DNA from: Octopus bimaculoides
Lineage: Eukaryota
DNA: 39,779 nucleotides
Assembly: GCF_001194135.2 (NCBI RefSeq)
Contig: NC_068989.1
Location: forward strand, 61,584,434-61,624,212
Direction of reading: 5' to 3'
Shown: one piece after another, positions 1 to 10,929 of the stretch
Layout: each line of letters opens with the position of its first letter
Numbering within the stretch: position 1 is the stretch's first letter
Translations under genes and position numbers: made by a program
Notes under the pieces: generated by a model
Seen by the model: only the letters and a program-made list of their open reading frames with translations
Database searches by the model: none
What the model was told of the DNA's origin: nothing

Positions 1-262
1 CTTGGTTTTAATATGTTGCCACATTTGTAATATGTCTTTTTTCTACATTTTTTCGTGCAGCTGAAGATTGCTCTTCATATTGCATTTAAGGTAATGCTCA
101 CATTACTTAAATAAATTGAAGTAGCATGAAACGTGCGTACTGCAATCACTTTTGAAATCCGTGTTGCTTATTATTTGATTTTAATCACCCATCCTTTTGG
201 GATGTGAAATTCGGGTGCCTTCGCATAAGTACCATATTCAAGCCTTGAATCTATATCTAAAC
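1..262 (+). mobile_element. Probable Penelope-like element terminal (pseudo-LTR) fragment carrying a hammerhead motif; 5' part outside window
   Basis: Contains a type I hammerhead fold (51-157) with near-palindromic stem III, the arrangement known for PLE pLTRs; ends at an (AT)n tract. No PLE coding sequence in this piece, so family assignment is inferred. Confidence 0.55.
51..157 (+). ncRNA. Type I hammerhead ribozyme with extended stem II
   Basis: Stem I TGCAG(56-60)/CTGCA(140-144), extendable by TTTCG(51-55)/TGAAA(153-157) across a bulge; core CTGAAGA(61-67); long stem II (TGCT-CTTCA/TGAAG-T-AGCA, ATTTAA/TTAAAT, GTAATG/CATTAC, CTCA loop); GAAAC(128-132); stem III AC-GTGC-GT; triplet GTA(137-139). 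Only defect is a U.U at the stem II closing position. Confidence 0.75.
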
Positions 263-263
263 C

Positions 264-264
<1 letters not shown>

Positions 265-295
<31 letters not shown>
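265..295. repeat. (AT)n microsatellite
   Basis: Direct reading. Confidence 0.95.
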
Positions 296-300
<5 letters not shown>

Positions 301-505
301 CACGATCGAGATATTTAAAACTATTATAGGGATATTCTTCCAAGATACACTGGTTTAATATATTAAATATTAAAGAGATAATACTTCAATTACAATATCA
401 TATAGAATATCGTAAAATATCAAACATTTCAATCGAATTAGAAAACAGAAAGATGTAATTGATACAAATTAATTTATTAATGAATCAACGTATTCACCAG
501 CGATC

Positions 506-737
506 GTTTCATTTCACAAACAAAATTAAAGTTGCAAAATATATATAAATATATAATTTTCCGTTTCAAATACTTTGTAAGGAAAATCATCATGGTGTTC
601 AGGGAACAATATGGATTACATTAGGATACTTATGGAATTAACAGAATATACAGACATGTTTACTGTGTGTACATGTATACATGTGTGTGTACGTGTACGC
701 ACCTGTTAAAATTATTCCATTTATTTCAGTTCAATAA
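506..737 (+). repeat. Unclassified repeat, left arm of an inverted pair with 5549-5781
   Basis: GTTTCATTTCACAAACAAAATT...GTAAGGAAAATCATC...ACAGAATATACAGACATGTTTACT aligns to the reverse complement of 5549-5781 at roughly 80% identity (by eye). Confidence 0.85.
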
Positions 738-946
738 TAATGTTCATCATCATCGTGAATGGTGGTTATATCATGGTTGCGCAAGGTAATATAATGAATA
801 AAATAAAAGTGACGTGAAATGAAAGTTAAAATTATGTTTATGGAATAAATTACAGTAAAAGTTTAAACAAACTTCATACTTACGTTGTGCGTGTGTCTTT
901 GTATATGCGCCCACCTACATGTTCACAAGTATATATATATATATCA

Positions 947-1031
947 ATTCCCGAGCGTTATACTAATACATCTGCTTGTTTTGTACACCACCTGTCTTCG
1001 TCGGTTGTTTTTTTTTTTGTGAATTCTCCCT
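947..1031 (+). mobile_element. Retroelement 3' tail (same tail as ~2492-2575; probably PLE)
   Basis: TTCCCGAGCGTTATACTAATACATCTG...GTCTTCGTC...TGTGAATTCTCCCT matches TTCCAAGCATTAAACTAATACATCTG...GTCTTCGTC...TGTAAATTCTCACT; runs directly into (CA)n. Confidence 0.6.
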
Positions 1032-1078
1032 ACACACACACACACACACACACGCACACACACACACACACACACACA

Positions 1079-1118
<40 letters not shown>

Positions 1119-1638
1119 NNNNNNNNNNNNNNNNNNNNNNNNNNNNNNNNNNNNNNNNNNNNNNNNNNNNNNNNNNNNNNNNNNNNNNNNNNNNNNNNNN
1201 NNNNNNNNNNNNNNNNNNNNNNNNNNNNNNNNNNNNNNNNNNNNNNNNNNNNNNNNNNNNNNNNNNNNNNNNNNNNNNNNNNNNNNNNNNNNNNNNNNNN
1301 NNNNNNNNNNNNNNNNNNNNNNNNNNNNNNNNNNNNNNNNNNNNNNNNNNNNNNNNNNNNNNNNNNNNNNNNNNNNNNNNNNNNNNNNNNNNNNNNNNNN
1401 NNNNNNNNNNNNNNNNNNNNNNNNNNNNNNNNNNNNNNNNNNNNNNNNNNNNNNNNNNNNNNNNNNNNNNNNNNNNNNNNNNNNNNNNNNNNNNNNNNNN
1501 NNNNNNNNNNNNNNNNNNNNNNNNNNNNNNNNNNNNNNNNNNNNNNNNNNNNNNNNNNNNNNNNNNNNNNNNNNNNNNNNNNNNNNNNNNNNNNNNNNNN
1601 NNNNNNNNNNNNNNNNNNNNNNNNNNNNNNNNNNNNNN

Positions 1639-1673
<35 letters not shown>

Positions 1674-1697
1674 CTGTGTGTGTGTGTGTGTGTGTGT
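1032..1697. repeat. (CA)n and (TA)n/(TG)n microsatellites flanking an assembly gap (N 1119-1638)
   Basis: Direct reading. Confidence 0.95.
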
Positions 1698-1934
1698 CTA
1701 TATTTAACAAGAATGATGCCTTTGTTTATGTATTATTGTGTGCGCGCGTGTTTATATATACATGTATATATGTGTGTCCTCGTTTTCTTCCTAAGTTATT
1801 ATATTAGTTCTCATGTATGTATTCGTTTTGGTGAGACATTGATTAATTATATAATTTTTGTATTTAGATACAAAAGTATGTTTACTACTTTTGCGATCGT
1901 GTATGTTCATGTTTCTATGTTCATACACGTAGAT

Positions 1935-2575
1935 GCAAGATCCAATCCAACCCCCACCTCATCCCTTAGACTTCATCCTTGCTTCCCCCACTCTCACTTC
2001 CCCCACACCCCAAAACCATCACACCGCACCACACATCGCCACACCACCACGCCACACACTACCAAACACGACCATACCATACCGACATATCAGGATACCA
2101 CACCACACCACATCATATCGGATCACTCCGCTCACACTAGCCCTGACCACTTCCCAGCACCCACACCAACGCACACACTAGCACTGACCACTTCCCAGCA
2201 CCTACACCATCATCCACACACCTATACAACACACACGCACACGTCAATGTCACTAGCCTCCTTCCACACGCACATGCGCTTTCTCAAATACACACGCACA
2301 TGTACCTTGTTTTGGGATCACCACTATTTTATTATCTCCCCTTCTTCCTAGCTCTCCTGTGTGACACCTCTGACCGGCATTCGCCATGATAGATCGCTAG
2401 CCACTATACCTGTTCTATTTCCTTTCCTTGTTTATTTCTGTGTTCCTTTCTGTCGATGAGCTTAAACTCGAAACGTAAAAGACTTTCTCACTTTCCAAGC
2501 ATTAAACTAATACATCTGTTTGTTGTTTACACACCCGTCTTCGTCTTTTGTTTCTTTGTAAATTCTCACTGTATA
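1935..2575 (+). mobile_element. Penelope-like element 3' region: C/A-rich 3' UTR, degenerate hammerhead-like motif and tail
   Basis: CAC/ACC-rich low-complexity UTR with a ~40-bp internal duplication (CACACTAGC.CTGACCACTTCCCAGCACC x2), then GATGAG-CTTAAA-CTC-GAAACGTA and the tail duplicated at 947-1031; lies upstream of a PLE RT fragment on the same strand. Confidence 0.5.
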
Positions 2576-2874
2576 TTACATGCTCACATGGTCGCACCAG
2601 TTTTATCTTGTCTCCATCTCCACTTCGGACTTTTCTTGGACTATTCTTCCTGGATTCTCTACCCGGACTTTCTTCTACTCTCCTACACCTGGATCTCAAC
2701 ACTTCGGCTGCACTTCTCCTACCCATTGATTTCACTGGACTCTTCTTTTGATGAGAAATCGCTCCTATACCACACGATGTTTGAACCTTTTGAACTTTTC
2801 TAAACGTTTTTGTACTTTCTACTTTTTGTTATTGTCGTTCCTTTGAATCCGCACTTGTTAACTTGCCTCTCTAC

Positions 2875-2960
2875 CCCTCTCTACCCAACTCCTCTCCTAC
2901 CCCTCTCTACCCAACTCCTCTCCTACCCCTCTCTACCCAACTCCTCTCCTACCCCTCTCC
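2875..2960. repeat. 26-bp minisatellite, 3 perfect copies plus a partial copy
   Basis: CCCTCTCTACCCAACTCCTCTCCTAC at 2875, 2901 and 2927. Confidence 0.9.
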
Positions 2961-3670
2961 TTCCCTGACACGCTCCCCACCCTCACCAACCCTCCGTCCC
3001 TCCAACCCCACATACATACNNNNNNNNNNNNNNNNNNNNNNNNNNNNNNNNNNNNNNNNNNNNNNNNNNNNNNNNNNNNNNNNNNNNNNNNNNNNNNNNN
3101 NNNNNNNNNNNNNNNNNNNNNNNNNNNNNNNNNNNNNNNNNNNNNNNNNNNNNNNNNNNNNNNNNNNNNNNNNNNNNNNNNNNNNNNNNNNNNNNNNNNN
3201 NNNNNNNNNNNNNNNNNNNNNNNNNNNNNNNNNNNNNNNNNNNNNNNNNNNNNNNNNNNNNNNNNNNNNNNNNNNNNNNNNNNNNNNNNNNNNNNNNNNN
3301 NNNNNNNNNNNNNNNNNNNNNNNNNNNNNNNNNNNNNNNNNNNNNNNNNNNNNNNNNNNNNNNNNNNNNNNNNNNNNNNNNNNNNNNNNNNNNNNNNNNN
3401 NNNNNNNNNNNNNNNNNNNNNNNNNNNNNNNNNNNNNNNNNNNNNNNNNNNNNNNNNNNNNNNNNNNNNNNNNNNNNNNNNNNNNNNNNNNNNNNNNNNN
3501 NNNNNNNNNNNNNNNNNNNNNNNNNNNNNNNNNNNNNNNNNNNNNNNNNNNNNNNNNNNNNNNNNNNNNNNNNNNNNNNNNNNNNNNNNNNNNNNNNNNN
3601 NNNNNNNNNNNNNNNNNNNNNNNNNNNNNNNNNNNNNNNNNNNNNNNNNNNNNNNNNNNNNNNNCACTAT

Positions 3671-3950
3671 GACCTCATCTCCTCCTCCCGTCTCGCCCCC
3701 ACCGCCTCTAACCTCATTGTCCGAACCCCTCACAATTCCACAATTTACTTCCTCTACAAAATCCACAAACCTAACAAACCTGGCCGCCCCATCGTCTCCG
3801 CCTGCAACTGCCCCACTGAACTCATCTCCAGATATCTTGACCGTGTCCTTGCCCCCTAGTGGCTTCCCTCCCCTCGAACATCAATGACACCAACCATGCA
3901 CTTCGTTTGCTCAACTCTTTCTCTAACCCTCCTGGTCCCTCAAACTTCTT
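3671..3950 (+). mobile_element. Penelope-like reverse transcriptase N-terminal fragment (pseudogenised, one frameshift)
   Basis: Manual translation [62 protein letters not shown] / [20 protein letters not shown]; KIHKP..PGRPIVS.C.CPTE is the PLE RT motif. This frame is not on the ORF track. Confidence 0.85.
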
Positions 3951-3957
3951 TTTGATT

Positions 3958-4042
3958 ATTACGTATATTTATTTGGTGTATTAAGTCATCAAAATTTTGT
4001 TCATTTATAGTCTTTGTATCTAAATTAAAATGTATAATGTTA
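3958..4042 (+). repeat. Unclassified repeat, inverted copy of 5258-5351
   Basis: ATTTATTTGGTGTATTA...ATTTATAGT...CTAAATTAAAATGTATAAT matches the reverse complement of 5258-5351. Confidence 0.8.
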
Positions 4043-5011
4043 TATGATTAATTAATAGGGATCTGCATTCAATTTTATTATTTCCACTAATATTAAACAG
4101 ATTTTTAAGTATTGTATTATCTAGCATAACATTAGCGTATGTTATTTATGATTAAATTGTGTTAGGTTTGTAATTACAGTTATATCAAATTATACTAATT
4201 ATATTTAAATTTTAATTTATATCTTCCTAAAATTTATATTAAAATCAAAATGTATCATATTATATGGGTAATCAGTTAATGTCAATTTCGATTTTTAAGT
4301 AACCATTAATATATTACATAATGTAATGTAGTATATATTATTTTTATTTATTGTAATGCTTTGCATGGTTAACATCCATGCTTAGATTAAAAGTAGTTAT
4401 ATTATCCGAAATATAGTAAAGGTTCATGTTCTCTATTATTATTCAAATGAAATTCAACCATTTTATGATATAAAATTATATAATATAGTATATGTTTTTT
4501 ATATTTGTTATTTCCCATTATTTTAACTTATGTCTGATTTTTAAATTAAGACATAATTACTATACTATTTCTGTATTTTTAATGTTAGGTTTAATTTATT
4601 ATCTGTTTAATGAATTTATTTAATTTTCTAGATTATATCCAGGTTAATCACAACAAATTAGAATAGTTTAATGTTTGGCAACATTTATTATCTATTTAAT
4701 AAATTTATTTAATTTTATAAAATTATATTTAGGTTAATCGTTACAAATATATTATCCATCTTCCCCAAGCCAATCAGTTGATCTTTAGATGTGATGTGCT
4801 TTAACTATTACTACATATTTCATATCTCATTTATACTTATAATTTTCATTTCTAAAGGCACATTACGAGTAGAAGTAACATGTCTATACTAACAATTTAC
4901 AGTTTAACATTAACCCTCTAATTACCGCTAGTGGTAACAAGCTAAAATATTTTCTTTCTGAGAATTCAATAATTTATGTTTAGATTTTATTATTTTAGAA
5001 CTTTCTTTAGT

Positions 5012-5240
5012 GCGTAAGTGGGAACCACTTCACGTCGCCAACCGCTGATTGTCAATGATGACGGTTCAATACCCAGAAACCCGGGTTCGTGTGTATCACG
5101 TCAGGCTGGAGATGGGAAGGATGACTTCCCTTTGCAAATACTGATAGGGCACAGAAAGTGTGGAAATAGCCAGCTGTAGGAGATGTCTTCCTGGGTCTAC
5201 AAGCTACAGTAGCATCAACCCTGAAGGGTTAGCCACATTT
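5012..5240. mobile_element. GC-richer unclassified repeat fragment, possibly a non-LTR 3' UTR
   Basis: Sharp compositional contrast with ~80% AT flanks; no ORF; family not identified. Confidence 0.3.
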
Positions 5241-5469
5241 AAGTGGAAAATATACTTAACGATTATACATTTTAATTTAGAGAAAAATACTATAAATCTC
5301 TCAATGAAATCAATTTTGCTGGCGTAATACACCAAATAAATCCACGTAATCATAAATGTATAGAGTAAATCCAAATATGAATATTAAGTACACCACCACA
5401 ACATATATCTAAATGCATAAATATGTAATCCTATAATATAGGATTATTGTTGTTGTTACAATAATTTTG

Positions 5470-5476
5470 ATTATTA

Positions 5477-5546
<70 letters not shown>
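5470..5546. repeat. (ATT)n microsatellite
   Basis: Direct reading. Confidence 0.95.
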
Positions 5547-5548
5547 GC

Positions 5549-5781
5549 TTATTGAATTGAAACAAAAGGCATAATTTTAACGCATGCCTACACACTTACA
5601 CACATGCAATATACATGCACACATAGTAAACATGTCTGTATATTCTGTGTAGTCTATAAATATTCTAATGTAATCCTCAATGTCCTCTGACCACCCTGAT
5701 GATTTTCCTTACAACGTATTTAAAATGCAAAATTATATATTTATATGTTTTGTAATTTCAATTTTGTTTGTGAAATGAAAC
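5549..5781 (-). repeat. Unclassified repeat, right arm of an inverted pair with 506-737
   Basis: Reverse complement aligns to 506-737. Confidence 0.85.
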
Positions 5782-6473
5782 AATAATTCATCAAAATGTT
5801 GACCTCAGCAAAGACAGTTCAAACGAGGGAAACAACTTTATTAGCAAAGGAAGACATTAAAGCGAAAGTAAACGCTAACATATAATCCAGTTTCTTTCAA
5901 ACTAAATCATGACATAAATATAGAACATTACTGGTCGTCATCTTTGACTTCTGATGATAAAGTATTTCAGAGCAGAAAAAAGTTACTGTACATCAGATCT
6001 TAATCAAGCAGAACTAAATGCCTCACTAACCACAAATCACAAACCTGAAATTTTACATCAAATTATAGATTACCATTGTAATTTACGCCTGCATGGATCC
6101 AAATCTTACTTCGTACACATCTGTTCCGCGATTTGTTGCCAGTTAATCAGCAATCAGAATTCTACAAGCAGGAATGATATATACACAGCCCTCCCCCCCC
6201 CCTAAAAAAAAAAGAAATCAATTAAATACAAATAGATCACAGATTCCAGCTTAGTACGATTATATAAGTACAACCCTGCCATATTACATCTTAGATAAAT
6301 GTAAAAGGACAAATGTGAGTAGTGAAATATTTCATCACTTCCGAATAATCCAGACGTGAACATTTCAGTTCCAGTAGGAAACAAAGGTATTTGAAAATAT
6401 TTATCACTCTGTAAAGAGTGGCTTACACATAAAAAAGGAAAATAATAATAAATAACTATCATTACTGAAATAA

Positions 6474-6478
<5 letters not shown>

Positions 6479-6563
<85 letters not shown>

Positions 6564-6565
6564 TT
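6479..6565. repeat. Compound (CT)n(CTAT)n microsatellite
   Basis: Direct reading. Confidence 0.95.
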
Positions 6566-7646
6566 CTCTATTTCTCTCCCTCTCTTATACAGACTCTCCT
6601 TCTCGTTATCTTGCACCTTACCTCTCTCTCCCTATCGTAGTCACTTTCTTTTCCATACTTTCCCCTCAATCTCAATCTCCCTTTGTCTCACTATCTCACT
6701 ATGATATCCTCTACTATTACCTCATCTCTAATATAATATCATCTCTATAATTGCTCAGCTATTGTAAATACTATCTTTCTTCAGCTCCTCTTCCGATATT
6801 CTTAATGTCTCTTACCACGCAAGATTTTTTGGCAGTCATCCATATATCTCAATTTTTGCTCGTATGACTGCCCTTATCAAAAAATATTAACTACCTTCTT
6901 CTCTAGGTACTAGGTTTCAGTTTATCTACTTAGACTAATAATCGTTATATATATATATATATATATATATNNNNNNNNNNNNNNNNNNNNNNNNNNNNNN
7001 NNNNNNNNNNNNNNNNNNNNNNNNNNNNNNNNNNNNNNNNNNNNNNNNNNNNNNNNNNNNNNNNNNNNNNNNNNNNNNNNNNNNNNNNNNNNNNNNNNNN
7101 NNNNNNNNNNNNNNNNNNNNNNNNNNNNNNNNNNNNNNNNNNNNNNNNNNNNNNNNNNNNNNNNNNNNNNNNNNNNNNNNNNNNNNNNNNNNNNNNNNNN
7201 NNNNNNNNNNNNNNNNNNNNNNNNNNNNNNNNNNNNNNNNNNNNNNNNNNNNNNNNNNNNNNNNNNNNNNNNNNNNNNNNNNNNNNNNNNNNNNNNNNNN
7301 TATATGTATATATATATATATAAATGTCATAATCTGACCTGATAATAGTTGTTTGCCTGTGTATGCTTTTATTCTATTATGCATATACCTGCTCCAACGA
7401 AGCAGTGCTTATAGACAAACATTCCTTAGGTTGGTATAACTTCCTCGCTTTTTAACTTGCCGATCAATCTGGCGTTTCGGCAACAAGTCATCCTGAGTTC
7501 TAATTGTATGTAAATGTTATGTTACGTCATTAGGCATAATAATCCTCTGAATCTGATGTACCTCTGTATATATGCACCTTTGTGTACATGTAAGTGCGTA
7601 TGTGCGTTAGTACGTGTATATGTATATACGTACGAATGCACATTAA

Positions 7647-8035
7647 GTGCAAGTGTGGCTGTGTGGTAAGAAGATTGCTTCCCAACCACATGGTTTCGGA
7701 TTCAGTCCCACTGCGTGGTTCCTAGGACAAGTGTCTCGGGCCGAGCAAATCCATGTGAGTGGATTTGGTAGACAGAAACTGAAAGAAAAGCATCGTATAT
7801 ACATATGTGTACATCTCTATGTCTGAGTTTGTGTTTGTTCCCTCATCACCGCTTGACAACCAGTGTTGGTGTGTTTACGTTCCTGTAACCTAGTGGTTTA
7901 GCAAAAGTTGCGATAGAATAAGGTCTAGGCTTTAAAAAATCCTGGGGTGGATTTGCTCGATTAAAATACTTCAACACGTTGCTCCAGCATGGCCGCAGTC
8001 AAATGACTGAAACAAGTATGAGAATAAAAGAATAA
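7647..8035 (+). mobile_element. tRNA-derived SINE (octopus-type family 1), near full length, diverged
   Basis: Head GTGGCTGTGTGGTAAGAAG (A-box-like)...GGATTCAGTCCC (B-box-like); body GTGAGTGGATTTGGTAGACAGAAACTGAAAG; 3' CTCCAGCATGGCCGCAGTCAAATGACTGAAACAAG. Homologous pieces recur at 9966-10090, 18040-18240, 23390-23480 and 39688-39779. Confidence 0.8.
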
Positions 8036-8974
8036 ATATATGAATGCATGTATGTATATCGATGTGTATGATAATTGAATGAATGAATATAGACATTTAT
8101 TATATGTGTATGTATGCATGTATCCTAGCATGTGTCTTTGTTGGTTGTATGTATGTCCGTGTATATATGTGTTGTTTCGTACGTATGTTCTAGTGTTACT
8201 CTTTAATTTCTTTCATGGTTTAATTTATTTAGTTGCCAAACTAAAACTGGTAAAGCTTCTTTAAATTGTCTATTGACAGTACTATTTCAACACATTTCTG
8301 TATATCACATTATGAATATTATATATTATCATTGGTATTATAACACTGCTACAAATATTCACCTCTACTTTCTGGCAGACGATACGTGATATTTCAGAAA
8401 CGTAACCATTATCACTAATGTTTTCCTTCTATTTTCTTTTGTCGGACATACAAAATTAAAAAAAATAAATAAATAAATAAAAAAAGAAAGGAAAGAAAAG
8501 AAAAGAAAACGAAAAAAAAGGAAAGAAAATTTGCTTAACTCTTTTGTATTCCGTTGAGACATTTCAGATATCATAGAGATACTCTATATATGTAATGTTA
8601 TATATAATATGATACATATGTAATATTATAGTTAATATGTGATATATATTATACATTGCCTTCCTTATTGAACATAGTATAATACAGTTATATATTAACA
8701 TCTAATATATGGAACTTGTTAAGTGTACACACAAATACACAAACACACAAACACACACACACACAAACACACATACACACATACAAACAGACGCGCACAC
8801 AATACACAAACACAATACACAATATGTGTATATAGAGAAAGAGAGACAAAGAGGTATACATACATACATACAGACAGAGACAGACAGACAAACAAACAGA
8901 AAGATGGATAAAAGGGGATGAATCAAATACGGAGAATGGCAAAAAACAAATCAGCAGTTAAACAACCCTGTTTA

Positions 8975-9963
8975 TGAAAGAGGTGGAAATCCGTTGGTGC
9001 CAAATCAGGAGAGTACGGTGTTTGTGGCAGCACTTTCTAGCCATGCGTTTGAATGGCTTCCTTTGTCATATTGGCTGTATGAGGGCGGGTGTTGTCGTAC
9101 AGCAGAAGAACTCCATGCTACCGATTAGTTCTTTTCTCTTGAATAGCCGTGTTGAGTCGTTCCATCTGTTGAACATTGAGTTCCGCGTTGACCGTTTGGT
9201 TCCGTTCAAACAATTCGTAATGGATAATCCCTTCCTAGTCCCAGCATACGCACAACATCGTTTTATGCGGATGAAGATCGTGTTTCACGTTCGGTGTCGC
9301 TTGTTTACCGGGGCTAAGCCATTCCTTACGCTGCTACATATTGATGTACAGGCACCATTTTTCGTCGCCAGTAACGATTCGGTGAAGAAATCGTTGCTTG
9401 TATCCATGAGTTGAGCGGTAACGAGCAAGCAAAACAGCGGAGATTGTAGCTCGTTGATTTTTGTTGTTGTCACTTAAAGCATGCGGAACCCATGCTCCAT
9501 ACTTCTGAACCTTTTCCATCGAGTGAAGATGCTTCTCTATAGTAATGTGGGAGCATTCCATTTTTTCTGCCAGTTCCGTTGTCGTTTGACGAGAATTTTC
9601 GTGCAAAAGTTGGTTCAATTACGCTTCATCGAAATTAACTGGACGGCCAGAACGAGGTGCGTCTCTGAGGTCAAACTTTCCATTTTGGAACTTGGCATAT
9701 TAGAACCTTGATTAAAAGCAAAAGGAAGGAGGTGTCGAAAATGCTCGTTTTTCTTAACTTAACATTCCATTTTAATGATCTGAAATTTTTTAAAAAATCA
9801 CTAAAATTAACTACAAAAAAAAAATAAATAAAAAAAAAAATAAACAAAATAGATTCAAAAATGATTCAAAAATATAATTCTCGAAAAAAATAGAATCCAA
9901 AAGTTAAAAACGCAATAAATTCCAAAATTTAAAACAACAGCAGGAACTTAGTTGCCAACCCAA
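8975..9963 (-). mobile_element. Mariner (D,D34D) DNA transposon remnant, mellifera-subfamily-like; one TIR, 3' truncated, multiple stops
   Basis: ATG at 9770 (MEC*VKKNEHFRHLL), PRSGRP, WVPHAL, IVTGDEKW, HPHKTMLCVCWD, LLLYDNTRPH, PYSPDLAPTDFHLF; 34 residues counted between second and third Asp. TIR TTGGGTTGGCAACTAAGTTCC (9963-9943) flanked by TA. Confidence 0.95.
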
Positions 9964-9965
9964 TA

Positions 9966-10090
9966 TATATATGTTTAACGACGAGCTTCTTTTAGTTTTC
10001 GTCTACCAAATCCACTCACAAAATTTTGGTCGACNNNNNNNNNNGTGGTTGGGAAGGAAGCTTCTTACTACACAGCCACTTCTGCGCCCA
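9966..10090 (-). mobile_element. SINE family 1, 5' part (spans a 10-N gap)
   Basis: Reverse complement gives GGCGCAGAAGTGGCTGTGTAGTAAGAAGC...GTGAGTGGATTTGGTAGACGAAAACT, homologous to 7647-7800. Confidence 0.75.
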
Positions 10091-10175
10091 TATATATATT
10101 CATTATGTATATATATGTGTATATGTATGTGTGTATTTAGGCTTGTGCGTATATATATATATATATATATATATA

Positions 10176-10222
<47 letters not shown>

Positions 10223-10929
10223 TTAAACATTTTGAAAATTGATCCTTTTTATGTTATGCAATATTCGAGTTGGATGCTAAAGTATAAATTTCACAGATCC
10301 CAACCTTACACAGGATACAACCTTAATGTTGGCATCATTCTCTACAACGAAATTTTATAATTAGCTAAAAATAGACAGTTTTTTGATTTTTAAACGTCTG
10401 TAACTTTTTTCATCAAAAGTTTTCAGATTTTGACTTCCATTTAAAAATGAGGCTAATTGTGTGACTCAAACTAACTAGATCCAAGTACAGTGAATACCAT
10501 ACTCCACAATTTCCTACTCATCTGAAGTACATATGTATTTCAACAATTTCCATCAAATACACTCTCTTTCTTGAGCATAAAAAATCCTCTTCCCGGATGA
10601 CAATGACTTATATATCAGATTGATGTACAAGTTCTAGCCGTTTCGATAAGAGAAATTGGAAAGGTTTGAATTGATTTTATTGGCATTTACTTGTACCTTA
10701 GAGCACTCTTTCAATAGACAGCACGTTGATCTCATAAGTGTCGCATGGTGGAAATAAACGCAATTACCAAATTTTCATTCATAAGACCACTTATTATTTC
10801 GTTTTTATTTATTTATTTATTTATTTTTGCATTTCAATTTGCACATCTGTACTCCCGATTACGTACAAGTGGATATGTAAAACGAAGTCCTTTATTTTTT
10901 ATAATTATCTGCTGATATGAAATTACGTA

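Noticed and set aside
1668-2351. 227-aa His/Thr/Pro-rich ORF
   Set aside because: Translation of the low-complexity C/A-rich PLE 3' UTR; no domain evidence.
4910-5234. TTAA-CCCT piggyBac-like end (also at 20931)
   Set aside because: No matching AGGG-TTAA partner with TIR similarity and no transposase motif.
6260-6408. Minus-strand open segment SDKYFQIPLFPTGTEMFTSGLFGSDEIFHY... after a CTCTTTACAG acceptor
   Set aside because: Only weak donors, no recognisable homology and no chain partner; consistent with chance.
7440-7500. GGATGA...CCGAAACG hammerhead-like words on the minus strand
   Set aside because: Two core mismatches and no stem II or stem I pairing.
8974-9414. 146-aa plus-strand ORF
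   Set aside because: Antisense shadow of the mariner transposase.
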